The notes under the pieces are model-generated. The model worked only from the letters and a program-made list of their open reading frames with translations. It ran no database searches and was not told the origin of the DNA. The position numbers and the translations under genes are program-made. This document shows positions 14,101-28,539 of a stretch of 64,000 nucleotides of DNA, in pieces. Numbering within the stretch: the stretch's first letter is position 1; every line of letters starts with the position of its first letter. This DNA is from Stegostoma tigrinum (Eukaryota), in the NCBI RefSeq assembly GCF_030684315.1, contig NC_081366.1, positions 26,851,410 to 26,915,409 of the forward strand, read 5' to 3'.

Positions 14101-15584
14101 CATGTTACTATGACTTGTGGAAAATCACATTTCACATAATGAATGGTTAAGACCCAGAATGTGTCCTTGAGAATGTATTGGAGACAGATTCAATCTTGAC
14201 GTTCAAGAGGGAACTAAATTATTCCCTAATAAAGAAGAAAGTGCGGGGCTATGGCAAGTGGGCATGGGAATGGATCTGGATGAATTGTTCCTTTGCAGAG
14301 TTATCATTGACATTTTGGACTAAATAGCCTCCTGCATTGTATACTTGCATGGTTTCCTTCCCATCATCTGCTTGCTGGTCCTTGTTGATATCATCTACAA
14401 GCACGGGGTTAACTTTCACGTGTAAATTGACATACAGCTCTACCACTGTTTTCCAGTTGGAATCATCAGATTTGTTTTTCCAATAGCCATTAATCTTAAA
14501 TGAGCCATAGTTTGCTTATGTTAAACATTATCAATATCAGTGCTATTATCTCTGGCCTCTCCAACAAACTGTGCTATTATCATCAACTTCTTCCTTCTCC
14601 TCAGTCACTGTCTTGGCTTGCTTCTTTTCTGGCTTTGAGCTGAATTTACTCATATAATTTCTCCATTGCAAAAGTATGGTTCCTTTTACCTCTAACATTT
14701 TGTCTATTTCTGCCCCTAAATCAGTTATTTGTTACTGATAGGCTCATTCAAACATAATTACTCAACTGGTATTCTGTTTAACCTCTAGTTATCTTCCCTC
14801 TGAGAGCTTAAGCTCAACTTTAGGTGCTATCCTATTCTAGACCAATGCTCACTTGTTCTTCATTGCTGTGTTCACTGGCTTGATTCAAATCACTAATGCC
14901 TTAAAAGTTTCCTCCTTGACATTAATTCCTTTATGGATTGAACTTCCAAACACTGAATGAATGACTCCAGCTTGAAAAGAAAACACACGCACCATATGAC
15001 AACGTCATATGTGGACCCATCTCTTCAGTCTAATAACCGATGGCCAGATATTAGGTAACCAAGCCTGCACTGTCTGAAATTTTGTCTCTGGATTTCTGTG
15101 TAGAGCCTCCTTAAAATTCACATTGTTGAACAACTGTCCAATCAACCTTGCAAATCTCTACTTCTTCAGCTGTGGCTATTTTTTATATATGTCTCTGCCA
15201 AAGAGTTTGAGGCTTCTTCATTCTCTTTACATGGTATTATATAAGTCCAAGTTGTAGTTGCAGTTTTTTTTTAAGACACCTTACCTTCCCAGCACAACAC
15301 CAACATTTAAGTCTGTGTCTTCAAAGTATGCATCCAATTCAAAATCCTTTGGGAATATATAAGCAGAAATTGATTGGAAATTATTCTTTCCTGACCATTA
15401 GTTTTAATGGATAGGGAGCTTCACCATCAGTTTCTGACATTCTCCAAATTGATGAGTATGCCTATTAGAAGCAAATATTAGGAAAATCAGCTCATTTCAG
15501 ATGTGTAGCAGGATTATACAGACAGGCACTTTTGAAACAGTGCAACTCCCTCAAAGCTTACTGTTTGTTTTCTGTTTTTTTTAG

Positions 15585-15767
15585 ATCTTGCAATACTTTC
15601 CACAGTGCTGGTATTGATTGGAAAATTTGGGATCACTATTGCCTTCGGCATGGTTTATCAATATTCTGTTGAGCTGTATCCAACTGCAATAAGAAACATA
15701 GGTGTTGGAATGGGATCTACCGCTTCCAGATTTGGAAGCATTATTTCACCTTATGTATTCTATCTTG
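15585..15767 (+). CDS. SLC22A5: SLC22A5/A4-like copy A, exon 8
   Basis: tttttttag|AT CTT...CTT G|gtaaga; 183 bp as in human exon 8; [45 protein letters not shown] (SLC22 ELYPT motif). Confidence 0.95.
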
Positions 15768-17229
15768 GTAAGATATCAGTTTAGTCTTGTTTACATAATT
15801 CTTGATTTATTCCAAAAGCTACAGAGCCAAAATCCACACCATTCAGGTGCATGTTGCATAGATGAAGAATGCTGCAATAGTTGTAATGGACCCTGTAATG
15901 ACCAGTAACTGTTAAAATGAGATGAATTTTCCAAATGACCAATGTAGATAAATAAACTTCACATTTTAAAACTTATACTCTTAACAAACAAGCATAATGA
16001 ATAACTAATACACTACCATGACATAAAAGGTGAATGTTACATTCATTAACTATCACAATCAAAATGTTTTTGAAGAATATAAAATAAAGGACTGCAGATG
16101 CTGGAAATGTGAAACAAAACAGAAACAGAAGAAAGGTCACTAGACCCGAAATGTTGACTCTGCTTTCTCTTCACAGGTGCTTTCAGACCTGCTGAAGTTC
16201 TCCAGCAATTTCTGTTTTTGTTTCATTTTTACAGAATACCACTCATCGAGCCATTGTTAGTAACAGGCTCAAAGTCATGCCAAGCTCAAATTTCACTCCA
16301 AGCCTCACTTCTCACCATGCCAGTTCAAAATCTGCAGTGACTTCCCACAGTTATTCCACGCAGTCCCATTTTTCCCAGAAACCATTACAACCAGCAAAGC
16401 CCACCTCAACAACTTTAATGTTCCACCTCTCCTGTTTCCTTTCCTTTGAACAAGACCAAACCTTCACAGCATTTAGATTGCTCCTTAATTCAAATGTAAT
16501 TTTCACCTCTTTTCACCTGCTCCTTTGTATCTGTGCCTCAAACAGCAGTTTTCCTTTTTCTGTCAGACACTGTGAAAATATTTTTAAACTGCCAACCTAT
16601 GTTCGTTGGTGATCTGATTGAGTTTTGCTTCCCAAGGCAATGGGATCTCAGGTTATTAAACAAATAAATGAGAGGTTTTTGATAGAATAGCGTTCACAAT
16701 GGATTAAAGAGCACTGGCAGATGTTAGAATTCTAAAAGGCATTTGATGTGGTGCCACATTAAAGTTTGCTGCACAAGATAAAAGCAGCTGATGCAAGGGG
16801 TTACATATCAGCACAAATCAGGATTTGGTTAGCCAACAAGAAGCAGTGATTAGAGAATAAATGAGTCTTTGTGATCAGGCAAATTGTAACAAGCGGAGTA
16901 TCACATGAATCAGCACTGTGTTCCTTCTTCTGAGCACCTGAAGGCTTCTGCTATTTGGACTCTCCTGTTGACGGCTGCCCTTTTAATGTGAAAAGAAAAG
17001 GAAAGGTTTGTTATTAATTTAGAACTTAATCTGATCCTAGTAACAGTATTCCACTGTTAAAGTATTATCAGTCACAAAAAAACTTGATTTATATTGCACT
17101 GTCAATATGAAAAAAATCCCAACCTTTATCTCAGAAGGATTGTAGAGCAAGATTTGATACTGAGTCTCATAAGTTAACATTGGGCAGATTTAGAGACAGC
17201 GCTCTATTGTCAGAAGGCAATTCAGCATT

Positions 17230-18430
17230 GAGTCTTTTTGCTCTTCAAATGAGTCCTCAAATTTCTGCAAAATTGATAAAGCTTGATGACTATCCTATAG
17301 CTTTGAATTTCATAGAAAAACTGAACAAAGCTTGGAAGGTGCCGAAAAAACAGTTGAAATGTAATAAACAAACAGTGACTATTAAGCTGATTGGAAAGGC
17401 GAAAGTTTGAAATTTTGTTGCTGGAGACTATTTGTTATCTGCCATTGGGGAACCACTAACCACAGGCTCAGTGGACTTTATCGACCAATAACAAAAAGTG
17501 AATGATATGAGTCTGGTTTTGAGTACTCCAGACAGAAGGAATCAGTGAGTGCGTCCTGTTAATACGTTAAAAAGATATTATGATAGGGCTGATAGTCCAG
17601 AGAAATGTATACTTACAGTAGTGAAAAAAGTAGAGAATGAAATAAAAAATATCTGAGCAATTGGAGATAGAATCCAAAATTGAAAATTCAAATGACATCC
17701 GCAAATCAGATTGAAAAACAAGGAAGTGCTTAAAAGGTTAAATAACATCATATTTTGCTTTCCATAAGGCCATCAAATGAGCCTATAGAGGCTAATACAG
17801 AATTATAAATCACTTAATGGGAATACGCCAGGAGAAATGGTTTCGGGGGGTGCATGACGAGCTCTGTATAGACTGAATCCTGAGAGATTAGCTCAAATGA
17901 GGATTAAATTCATGATTGAGAATGACATTATTGAACTGATGGAGCTAACCTAGTGTGATGGTGCTGAAACTGGATGGGTCCAAACAATTCTGTATTGAAT
18001 ATTGCAAATTCAATGTGGTCATGAAAGCAGACTCATATCCTGTTCCAAGATTAGAAGACTTAATTGAATTAATTGGACATGTGCAATTTGTCACAAAAAT
18101 TGTCATGCTGAAAGAATATTGACAAGTATAATTGACGAAGAGCATAAAAAATAATCAGACAAAGAGAGCAAGAACTGCAGATGCTGGAGTCAGAAACAAT
18201 GTAGTGTGGAGCTGGAGGAATACAGCAGATCAGGCAGCATCAGAGGAGCAGAAAAGTTGACATTTTGAAGAAGGGTCCCAACCTGAAACTTCAACATGCC
18301 TGCTCCACTGATGCTGCCTGGCCTGCTGCCTTCCTCCATCTCCACATGGTATTGTCATAAAAAGACAGCATGTGTAATACCAGATTGGTTTTATTAATGC
18401 AAAATCATGCCATTTTGAATGAAAAATGCA
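17230..18430 (+). mobile_element. Decayed Gypsy pol fragment with Gmr1-like order (integrase C-terminal region, then RT)
   Basis: STPDRR..VNTLKRYYDR followed by YRLNP, KADSYPVPRLED and FVTK RT motifs; interrupted by a Penelope-type mini-insertion at about 18160-18355. Confidence 0.7.
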
Positions 18431-18666
18431 CTCATTTGTTCACTTATTTGAAAAAAATCTTATTTGTCCATCATAACATCAGCTGGGATCATGAGCCACA
18501 ATCACATTAAGCATAATCTCACTGAACAGCAGGGCAGGCTGGCAGAGCTGAATAGCTTATAATTCATTTGTTTCATGTGTTGTATTACTTGTATTACCTG
18601 TAGCTTTATTTGATGTGCTGCTCTTCATCTTCCAGACAATTCCTTTTCACATTATTATTTTCACAG

Positions 18667-18802
18667 GTACTTATCATGAATTTCTGCCTTATATTGTGAT
18701 GGGGTGTGTCGTAGTGACATCAGCATTTGCAGTCTTGTTTCTACCTGAGACCATCAATATTCCGCTCCCAGACACGATTGACCAGATGCAGAAAATAAAG
18801 CG
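18667..18802 (+). CDS. SLC22A5: SLC22A5/A4-like copy A, exon 9
   Basis: tttttcacag|GT ACT...AAG CG|gtaact; 136 bp as in human exon 9; GTYHEFLPYIVMGCVVVTSAFAVLFLPETINIPLPDTIDQMQKIKR. Confidence 0.95.
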
Positions 18803-20569
18803 GTAACTGTATACAGTCTTGATGATTAAATTTTTCAAAACATGTTCTGCTCTGAACTGTAAATAACATTTAGATGCTGCTTTTAATGTTGAACATTGGT
18901 AAAGGTGCTTTGCAGAGGAGAAAAGGAACAAAAATTTGTCTTTATCAGAAAGTTGGAAGAGGGACCGAAACATCTTGTTGAAGATGTGTAATTTAAATAG
19001 AAGTAGAGGCAGAGAGTGGGGTGTAGTTTGAGAAGGAATTACAGATTGGATTGTCGTTGTTACTGAAGTTTTTCCCATGGAAGGTAGAGAGGCCAGTGTA
19101 GTATCTGGAGATGAGACCAGGTTCAAAGAACCAGACAATGTGGAAAGAACATAACATTGGAGAAGGCTGTCGAGATGAAATGAAATGAAACCAAGGAGAT
19201 ATTTGTAGCAATAATGAGAATTTTAAATTCAGATTTATTAGGTGATAAAGAGCTCAGTGAAAATGAGAGATTCTGAATGAGGGAACCCAATGTAAAAAAC
19301 AACTGAAATAGCACTTTATTTTGAGATTTATGGAGACAGATAAGATTACAGAGAACATAACTATATTGGCGAAATATGGGGGAAAGCAAGTAATGCTGTG
19401 AAAATTAAAATACATCTAGTTCACTGAATAAACCACTTACATGCAAACAAGCTCTACATTGAGCACAGTTTATCGTGTCAGTTGTTCCCAAATAAACCAA
19501 TTCCCCTTAATCAGATCCTGAGATGCTGCTTGGCCTGCTGTGTTCATCCAGCTTCACACTTTATTATCTTGGATTCTCCAGCATCTGCAGTTCCCATTAT
19601 CTCTGATACACCTTTACCTGATCTGGCTTACATGTGACCCCGGATCTAGTGCAGTGTGGTTGACTGTTAACTGCCCTTTGAAATGGCCTAGCAGGCCACT
19701 TAGTTCATGGACAACTAGGCATGGGCAAGAATTATTGGTCTTTTAAGTGAAGTCCACATTTCAGGAAAGAATAAAGGAAAGAAAAATCAAAGCTCTGACT
19801 CAATGGTAGCACTCCCATTTTTGAGCCAAAATGATATTGGGTTCGAATGTCATCTCAGGGGCTTGAAAGATCATTTATTCATCATTACATCTGTTGGTTA
19901 GTGCAAATGATTGCCGTGTTTCATGCATTTAAAAAAAGTGACTGGACTTTGAATATAAAGAGTGCAAAATGCTTTAGGATGTTACAAGGTCATGGCAGAC
20001 ACAGTTTAAATGTAAGTCTTTTGATATCAATAAAGTCGTGTTCAAAGAAAAGAAAACAAATAAGATTTTGTTTTGTTCATTGATACTTCCTTCCAATCCC
20101 AGAGCCATTATACAAGAAGGACAAAGACAGGTTACAAATGGTTTTACGACCACCTGCAAGATCTCCTCCATGTTGCTCACCATCCAGACATGGAATTGTA
20201 TTGCCATTCGTTGATTGTGTTTGGGGTTGAATTTACGAAATTCCCTACTTAAAGGCATTGTGGATATACCTACACTGCATGAACTGTAGCAGTTCAAGCA
20301 GAGAGTTCACCACCACCATCTTAAGAGCAATTAATTGTGGTCAATAAATGCTGACCTTACCAGTGACACTCACATTTGAGGAACACCTAAAAATAAAATG
20401 GAAAATAGCATCTTCCACACTTTTACTTCTTTTTGTGTGACCAATGCCCAAGTCACTAAACAGAGGAGCTATGTATTTATCAGAGCATAAGAAATGGAGC
20501 TGTAATGACATAAAAAGCCATTCTGGCTGATCTGATACAACAACAGAAAGTGATGAAGAAACTCAGCAA

Positions 20570-20945
20570 AAAGACGGAGATTGAGGGGGGACCTGATTGA
20601 GGTCTATAAAATCATGAGGGGTATAGACAGGGTGGATAGCAAGAAGCTTTTTCCCAGAGTAGGGGACTCAATTACTAGGGGTCATGAGCTCAAAATGAGA
20701 GGAGGAAAGTTTAAGGGAGATATGCGTGGAATGTTCTTTACACAGAGGGTGGTGGGCACCTGGAACGCGTTGCCAGCGGAGGTGGCAGGCGCAGACACGG
20801 CGTCTTTTAAGATATATTTGGACAGGTACATGGATGGGCAGGGAGCAAATTAACACAGACCGTTAGAAAATAGATGACAGATTAGACAGAGGATCTTGAT
20901 GGGTGCAGGCTTGGAGGGGCGAAGGGCCTGTTCCTGTGCTGTACG
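20570..20945 (+). mobile_element. CR1 LINE 3' fragment
   Basis: LRGDLIEVYKIMRGIDRVD...FFTQRVVGTWNALP. Confidence 0.85.
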
Positions 20946-21529
20946 TTTAAAAAAATATCTGGCAGCATCTGGAGAGAGAAAGTGGAGTCAATATTTTGTA
21001 TCCAGTGACCTTTCATCAGAACAAGTAGTTGGTAAAGGTGCCTTATATGGTGGAAATGAGAGTGGGGGTGTGGTGAAAAGGACTGAGAGCATAGGTAGAC
21101 ATGGAGCCCAAGGAGCGAGAACAGCAGCTGGTTAGAGAAAGGGATGGAGAACAGTAAGCCACAGAAGGAGTAAAGCTGTTAATAGGGTCCATAACTGGTT
21201 GAAAATGGGTTGGTTGTGCTGAAAGCAGCTCATGTCATGACAAGGCCAGGGATGTGGAGCTAGATAAAGGACATTTAAGAAGGTGCTCAGACCCTAAAAT
21301 TTTTGAACTTGGTATTGAGTCTTGAAGGTTGCAAGGTCCCCAAATAGAAAATTAGATGTTGTCCGTCCAGTGGAAATTAACTGGCTGACATGATACTTGT
21401 CTCAGGAATTTCATGTTTCTAATGAATACCTGAGTAGCCGACTCAGTTGAGCAGGGATTCAGCAACATGAGGGTTCCCAGTAGCATTAGTTAAAAGATAA
21501 ATGCCAACTATAGGTGAGGAACTTTTCTG

Positions 21530-21873
21530 AATCATAGAATTACTGCAGTGTGGAAGCAGGCCATTCTACCCATCAAGTCCACATTGACCCGCCAAAGAGC
21601 ATCCCCATTAAGACCCAACCCGCCACCCTATCTCTGTATTTCCCATGGCTAACCCAGCTAGCCTGTACATCCCTGGACACTATAGGCAATTTAGCATGGC
21701 CAATCCACCTAACTCTTTCGACTGTGGGAGGAAGCTAGAGCAATTGAAGGAAACCCACGCAGACAGGTGAGAATGTGAAAACTCCACATAGACAGTTGCC
21801 TGAGGATGGAGTCAGACCTAGGTCCCTGGCAGTGTGAGGCAGCAGTGCTATCCACTGAGCCACCATGCTGTCC
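21530..21873 (-). mobile_element. HE1-type tRNA-derived SINE
   Basis: Reverse complement of the SINE at 33728-34021 (GGTGGCTCAGTGG head, CR1-like tail). Confidence 0.8.
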
Positions 21874-22534
21874 TTTTGACTTAGCCTACATTGGCTGAAT
21901 TTGTGGAGATACTGTGGTTGAGCCCTGAGAATCACCAAATGATCCTGACACTATACTCACCTCTATTGTATGCTAAGCTGGTGTCTGTAACTTTCAGAAA
22001 AAATAAAGATGTTCCCTTATCATTGACAAGAGGTTGACAAAAACAGAAATTGCTGGAAAAGTTCAGCAGGTCTGGCAGCACCTATGGAGAGAAATTAGGG
22101 TTAATGTTTTGAGTCAAATGACCCTTCCTCAGTTCTTCCTCAGTCACACCATTTGCAACTCGCACGTTTTCCACTCTACTACATGTATTATTGAATGTCG
22201 ATAGTTTGTTATCTGCCCACTAAATTGAGATTGACTTTTCCGGTCACTGAGCTTGATGAAAAGGCACCAGACCCACAAGGACAAAATTGACGTTTCCTTC
22301 TTCACTGAAGATGTTAGCAGTCTGTGTCTTCAGGTTAGCAGTCTGTGTCACAGTACTGTGTTGATTCATTGGCAAACATGTTATCATATTATTTGACACT
22401 AAAGATCTTTGGTTTACAGATATAAAACAAACTTGGTACGCATTAAGTGACTGTACCTACAGAATAAAATATGATGGGAAAGATCCTGTTAATGTACAGT
22501 TTTTATGGTGGTGCTGTTTTTGTTTTGATTGCAG

Positions 22535-22634
22535 ATTCAAGTTTAGAAGGCATGACAGAAATCTCAATCAACGTCATGAAAATGGAACAATTGGGGAAAA
22601 CGTTACAGTAACCAGCAAAATTGAGAAAATTTAA
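22535..22634 (+). CDS. SLC22A5: SLC22A5/A4-like copy A, terminal coding exon 10
   Basis: tttgttttgattgcag|A completes the phase-2 CGA codon; FKFRRHDRNLNQRHENGTIGENVTVTSKIEKI*; a paralogous exon and UTR exist at 40952 onward. Confidence 0.8.
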
Positions 22635-23642
22635 CCTATCTCTGGCCAGAAATCAGAAACAATGGAAGATTGGATAATAAGTTGTTTATTCCAAGTTTTT
22701 CTCACAGAGTAACAATATCTCCTAGTGAATGCAATGCAATCAAGCTACCGTAGGAACCACTGTCAAATACTCAAATCAAGTAGAATGCTACACAATTTAC
22801 ATTTCTGACATTTTCTTACTTTCATTTAAAACCAGCAATGTGTTCTCCTCTATCATAAAGCATGATGTCACTGTTGTGGGTGAAAATATATTTTGAAGTT
22901 GATTTTACATTTGGACACACTAGTGTCACTTGGGACAAAGGAGCACACTAGTATACCAGCCACCAACAATCACCATGAAGAAGTGGTTGTCATTTTGAGG
23001 TGCTGATTTCATTAACATTTGGTTGCTGCACTGAGGTATTTTGATGCTGTGATTCAGGGTTGAACTTGCTTACTATAGAGCTGCCCTGACCACCAACACG
23101 GTGCTGGAATTGGTTCACAATCACACAGTGCAGGATTTCAGGGCAAAAACAACTCAGGTTATTTTTTTTTCAAAGTCTGGAAAAATATTACTGCTCCTTT
23201 ATATCCAAAAAATATGCTAGCTTAACTTGATCAGAATTCAGCAGTTCCCATCTTGCCGGAGTAATAATTGTGCCTGCAAAGCACATGCACTGACCAGTTC
23301 TGATGTGAAATTACTTTTGATTTACATATTAAATGGAGTATTAATATGTAAGGAGGAGCAACTTTGTAAAGATCAAGAACCCAGCAACAAAAGGATCAAT
23401 CAAGTCGTTCCTTTCAACTGGTACTGTTAGCTTTTTGCTGTCACCTGTTGCTTCAATGTGAGCCCAAGCTCTATCTGCTTGTGTAAAATGGGCAATAGAA
23501 CATCAGGTGAGATAAAGACAGAAGACAAGTTAAAATCAGCAGCAACAGCAATGACAAAAATTAGGAGTCAGTTATAGAGCCATAGAGCTGTGCAGCATGG
23601 AAACATGCTGCAACTCGGTATCCTTTATATTGCACTGTATTG

Positions 23643-23667
23643 AATAAATTCTGTTTGAAATAATAAA
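23643..23667 (+). terminator. Candidate polyadenylation signals of copy A
   Basis: Two AATAAA hexamers (23643, 23662) followed by GT-rich tgtatttgtggttg, about 1 kb after the stop codon. Confidence 0.5.
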
Positions 23668-26600
23668 AAATAGGAATCATTGTATTTGTGGTTGATGATA
23701 TGTAGGACCTAAGGGTCTGCTTTCGTGCTGTACAAGCCTATGCCTCCAAGGGACTCTATGTATCGTAATTTTGCCACTTTTTAATGTAGGTTTCACAATT
23801 TTTACACATAAAGCAAATTATAAAGTCATATTTATGTTGCATTTTCAAATACGTGTATCAGTCATACTCCAGAACAAGATCTGTACAAAAGTCTGCAGTC
23901 ATAGCCTGATAGGGAATTTTGAATGCAGTCATAGTCTGGGATTCTGGGCCATCCACCAGTCAGAGATCTAGTGGATATCTCTGCTAATTTTGGGGAGGTA
24001 AGACACAATTGAATCCAGTGGCCTTCAAGCACTTAAATTTGTCATCGTCAGGCGTTCCATCTGATTGAGAACTGTGGCAGCTGAGATACCACTGTTGAGA
24101 ATGCCAGCTAATCAGAGAATGGCAAATCACCATTGATGCCTATGAAAGACATGGCAATTGATGGCAATACAGGATCACCATGGTACACCAGGCCAGTGGT
24201 GACTGATGGCAGAACTGGAGTCACATGGTCATGATTGCAAAAAGAAGGCAGAGGTGTCAGAGGCAAGGACAAGGTGGGTAGCAGGCCCTTCTTCTCCCAA
24301 TGCCACATCTTGCAATTGGGCACTGAATGCTTGATCAGAAAGAATGCAATGGCAGCCCAAGGAGGCCACTGACAAAACTCTCAAGTTTTGTCTGATGTGC
24401 ACTGAGAACACGAGAGACTTATGCAGTCCCCACTTAATACCTGAGCTATCGCTAGATTGCAATGGGCTCAGGCATATATAATGGGGGACAATTGGCTCAT
24501 TAATACCCACCTGCAGCCAGGAATCCTGATCAGCCCTTCCACCCTCCGGCACTTGTGTGATCAAACTGGTCCGTTCCCATAATGTTCACCACAACAGACT
24601 GCATAAAATCCCACACATTGGTGATGTTTAATTCAGTTACACTGCAATTTTGCCTATTGGAATGCTCTCTTTTTGCTTGTTGATCCCAGTATTACAATTG
24701 TTTTCCTTGTTAGGAAGCTTGATTATTTAAGTTATGATTATGGATTGATTTGTGTGAATAATAAGTGAGGACTTGGGTTAATTTAAATTACATAATCTTG
24801 ACATGAGTGTTTACGGGATTCATTGAAACCCTTACTCTTATGTGGTTCTGAATTACCTTTACTAACTCAATCGCAATAATATATTCATAACAGTTGAGGT
24901 AATTTTTATGGAAAACCTTAGGGATTTTAATTAATGCAATCACACAGTTCACAGCTTGGTCCAAAAGCATGTTTACATCATGGAGCAGGATGCATGGGAT
25001 CAAAAATAATATGCCTGACACATAGTTAGATTGTAAATGCAAAAGCCGAGAGATATTATCACGAGACGATTAAAAGTAAAGTTCTGGGACCCTGGTTTAA
25101 ATCCTGCATGGCAGATAATAGAATTTGTATCTAATAATAGACTGGAATTGAGAATCTAATAATGATTGTGAAATCTTTATCAATTATCAGGAAAAACTCA
25201 TCTGGTTCGCTCATGTCCTTTAAGGAAGGAAGTTAATGTCCTTACCTGGTCTGGCCCACATGTGACTCCAGACTCACAGACTCACAGTCTCCAGACTTGA
25301 TTCTTAACTCCCCTCTGGGCCATTAGGGATAATGGCAATAAATGCTGACCTGGCCGTGGCGGTCACATCCTGTGAATGAATTGAACATAAAAGAAAGTTT
25401 CAATGAGGTATTAAATGATTAGGAAAAAGGTGACAAGTCATTGTGAGACCATTAATTTAATCAGATCAAGCCACCAGTAAAGTATATTTTAAATCACAAT
25501 AAATTAATAAGAATTCAGGAGAAAGAAAGTGTTTTAAGACTTTAAGAACAGAAATCACTTTTATTAGAAAACGTCATGGACAGGTACAAAAACTAAGAAG
25601 AAGGAATGCAAATTTTTAATTCTATGCCTAACATTACCAAGGAGTCAATGATTGGATAAAGCTGCAGTCTATAAGACTGCTTTCCTTCCCATGGATAAGG
25701 ACTATTTTGACAGATAATAGAAGAAATTCATGATAATAGAACTACTGTTAAATTACATACTTGTGCCTGTATTACTTTAGACAGAGACAATGGAGCAGTG
25801 ATCTAACTGATTTGTTTAAACTGATAGAAGAATTATGTGATATGTATAGAAAAACTAGTTCTTTTGGTAGGTGATTCAAAACAAGGAAGTAAAATCTTAA
25901 AAGTAAAGTACGGCCATTTAGAGTTGATGTCTTTGCATAAAAGTCGCTTAAATCTGAACATTTTCCCACACCACCCAATACCATAAGAAAGTAAAATGCT
26001 TTTGAGGCTTGGATAATTGAGAAGGAAAAAATGAGATTTCTGTTTGGTGAAAGTATTAAAATATGTGGAGCAACGTTGGTCAAATGGAACTAGGACATAG
26101 ATCAGAAGTGTTTTTACTGAATAGTTAGAGTGGACAAGAAGAAACTAAATATCTCCCAGTGTTCCAAATTTTAAGAATTTGAAGCAAAATTGGCTGGTTG
26201 GCATGAAAATAATAGTTCTGTTCAAGTTATCTGTTCATGAATTATTAGACTTTCTGTGTGAATAGAAACCGAAAATGATTTGTACGTGAAGAAATAAAGT
26301 TTACTATTATGTGAAATCCTTTCGTACTGAAATGCAGTTAAACACCGCATAGAAGAATTTATATGGTTATTGCATCAGTGTGGAGTTGTCTCTGAGGTTT
26401 TTTTTAATTGCACATTGCTGCTGTCTCTAAATGTTTTGACTGAAGCTTTACAGACCTTGAGTTCTAATGCTATTAGTCTATTTTATTTAGTTTCACCATT
26501 CATGTGGAATCAGATTGTGTCAGTAGCAGTGGGAGGGGTTGGGAGAAGGCACATATTGAGAAACAGACCTTTAGTTTTCATGGCACTTAAGAAGCTAAAA

Positions 26601-27030
26601 AAAACAACTTTGGTCACAAAGTATAATTTGTGGCAAAATTGTTCGTCTTTTTGCCTAGTGTCTGGGAAAGTCCTCTTGGATTTGTTCAAAAATGTTTTCT
26701 TTTATTGGTTTTCTTTAAATGTAACAGATGACTATTCAAATTTGTTTGGTCACCTACCTTTTGAGATATTAAAAAGACATTCTGATTCAAATCAGGGAGC
26801 TGGTCTCTTTCTTCAAATCAAAATAGTCAAGTGACAAATTTTGTGTATCACAAAAGAAAAAACATAACTATTTTGATAAAAAAGAACAGTTTTATCTTTC
26901 ACAATTTGATTTGAATCAGATTTTTCCTTGTTAGTGATTTTACACACAATAAAAACAGAATAGTAACCACTAACTGCTTTAGCTTTGCAAAGAACATATT
27001 ACTGGCTGTGGGTCAAGCCATTAAATATAT

Positions 27031-28474
27031 AGAACATAGAACATAGAACATTACAGCACAGTACAGGCCCTTCGGCCCTCGATGTTGTGCCGACCTGTCA
27101 TACCAATCTCAAGCCCATCTAACCTACACTATTCCATGTACGTCCATATGCTTATCCAATGACGACTTAAGTGTGCCTAAAGTTGGCAAATCTACTACCG
27201 TTGCAGGCAAAGCGTTCCATTCCCTTACTACTCTCTGAGTAAAGAAACTACCTCTGACATCTGTCCTATATCTTTCACCCCTCAATTTAAAACTATGCCC
27301 CCTCATGCTCACCGTCACCATCCTAGGAAAAAGGCTCTCGCTATCCACCCTATCTTGCCCTCTGATTATTTTTTATGTTTCAATTAAGTCACCTCTCAAC
27401 CTTCTCTCTAATGAAAACAGCCTCAAGTCCCTCAGCCTTTCCTCATAAGACCTTCCCTCCATACCAGGCAACATCCTAGTAAATCTCCTCTGCACCCTTT
27501 CCAAAGCTTCCACATCCTTTTTATAATGCGGTGACCAGAATTGTACACAATACTCCAAGTGCGGCCACACCAGAGTTTTGTACAGCTTCACCATAAACTC
27601 TTGGTTCCGGAACTCGATCCCTCTATTAATAAAAGCTAAAACACTGTATGCCTTCTTAACAGCCCTGTCAACCTGGGTGGCAACTTTCAAGGATCTGTGT
27701 ACATGGACACCGAGATCTCTCTGCTCATCTACACTGCTAAGAATTAGCCCAGTACTTTGCCTTCCGGTTACTCCTACCAAAGTGCATCACCTCACACTTG
27801 TCTGCATTAAACTCCATTTGCCACCTCTCAGCCCAGCTCTGCAGCTTGTCTATGTCTCTCTGTAACCTAGAGCATCCTTCGTCACTATCCACAACTCCAC
27901 TGACCTTAGTGTCGTCTGCAAATTTACTAACCCATCCTTCTACGCCCTCATCCAGGTCATTTATAAAAATGACAAACAGCAGTGGACCCAACACCGACCC
28001 TTGCGGTACACCACTAGTAACTGCTCTCCAGGATGAACATTTCCCATCAACTACCACCCTCTGTCTTCTTTCAGCAAGCCAATTTCCGATCCAAACTGCT
28101 TTATCTCCCACAATTCCATTCCTCCGCATTTTGTACAATAGCCTATTGTGGGGAACCTTATCGAACGCCTTGCTGAAATCCATATACACCACATCAACCG
28201 GTTTACTCTCATCTACCTGTTTGGTCACCTTCTCAAAGAACTCAATAAGGTTTGTGAGGCATGACCTTCCCTTCACAAAACCGTGCTGACTATCCCTAAT
28301 CAATTTATTCTTTTCTAGAAGATTATAAATCCTATCTCTTATAACCTTTTCCAACACTTTACCAACAACCGAGGTAAGGCTCACTGGTCTATAATTACCA
28401 GGGTTGTTTCTACTCCCCTTCTTGAACAGGGGAACCACATTTGCTATCTTCCAGTCATCTGGCACTATTCCTGT
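27031..28474 (-). mobile_element. Young 5'-truncated CR1 (HER1-like) LINE with RT domain
   Basis: [28 protein letters not shown] and FADD motifs; (TTCTATG)n tail; one frameshift near 27740; aatatat on both sides. Confidence 0.95.
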
Positions 28475-28539
28475 AATATATCTCTGCTCTCAGTCCAAAT
28501 GTAATTGCGCTGATGAACAAGTGACAGACCCCACCCTCA

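Noticed and set aside
25410-26834. A-rich coding-like stretch and a 154-aa ORF
   Set aside because: No recognisable motifs; possibly a very old retroelement but cannot be assigned by eye
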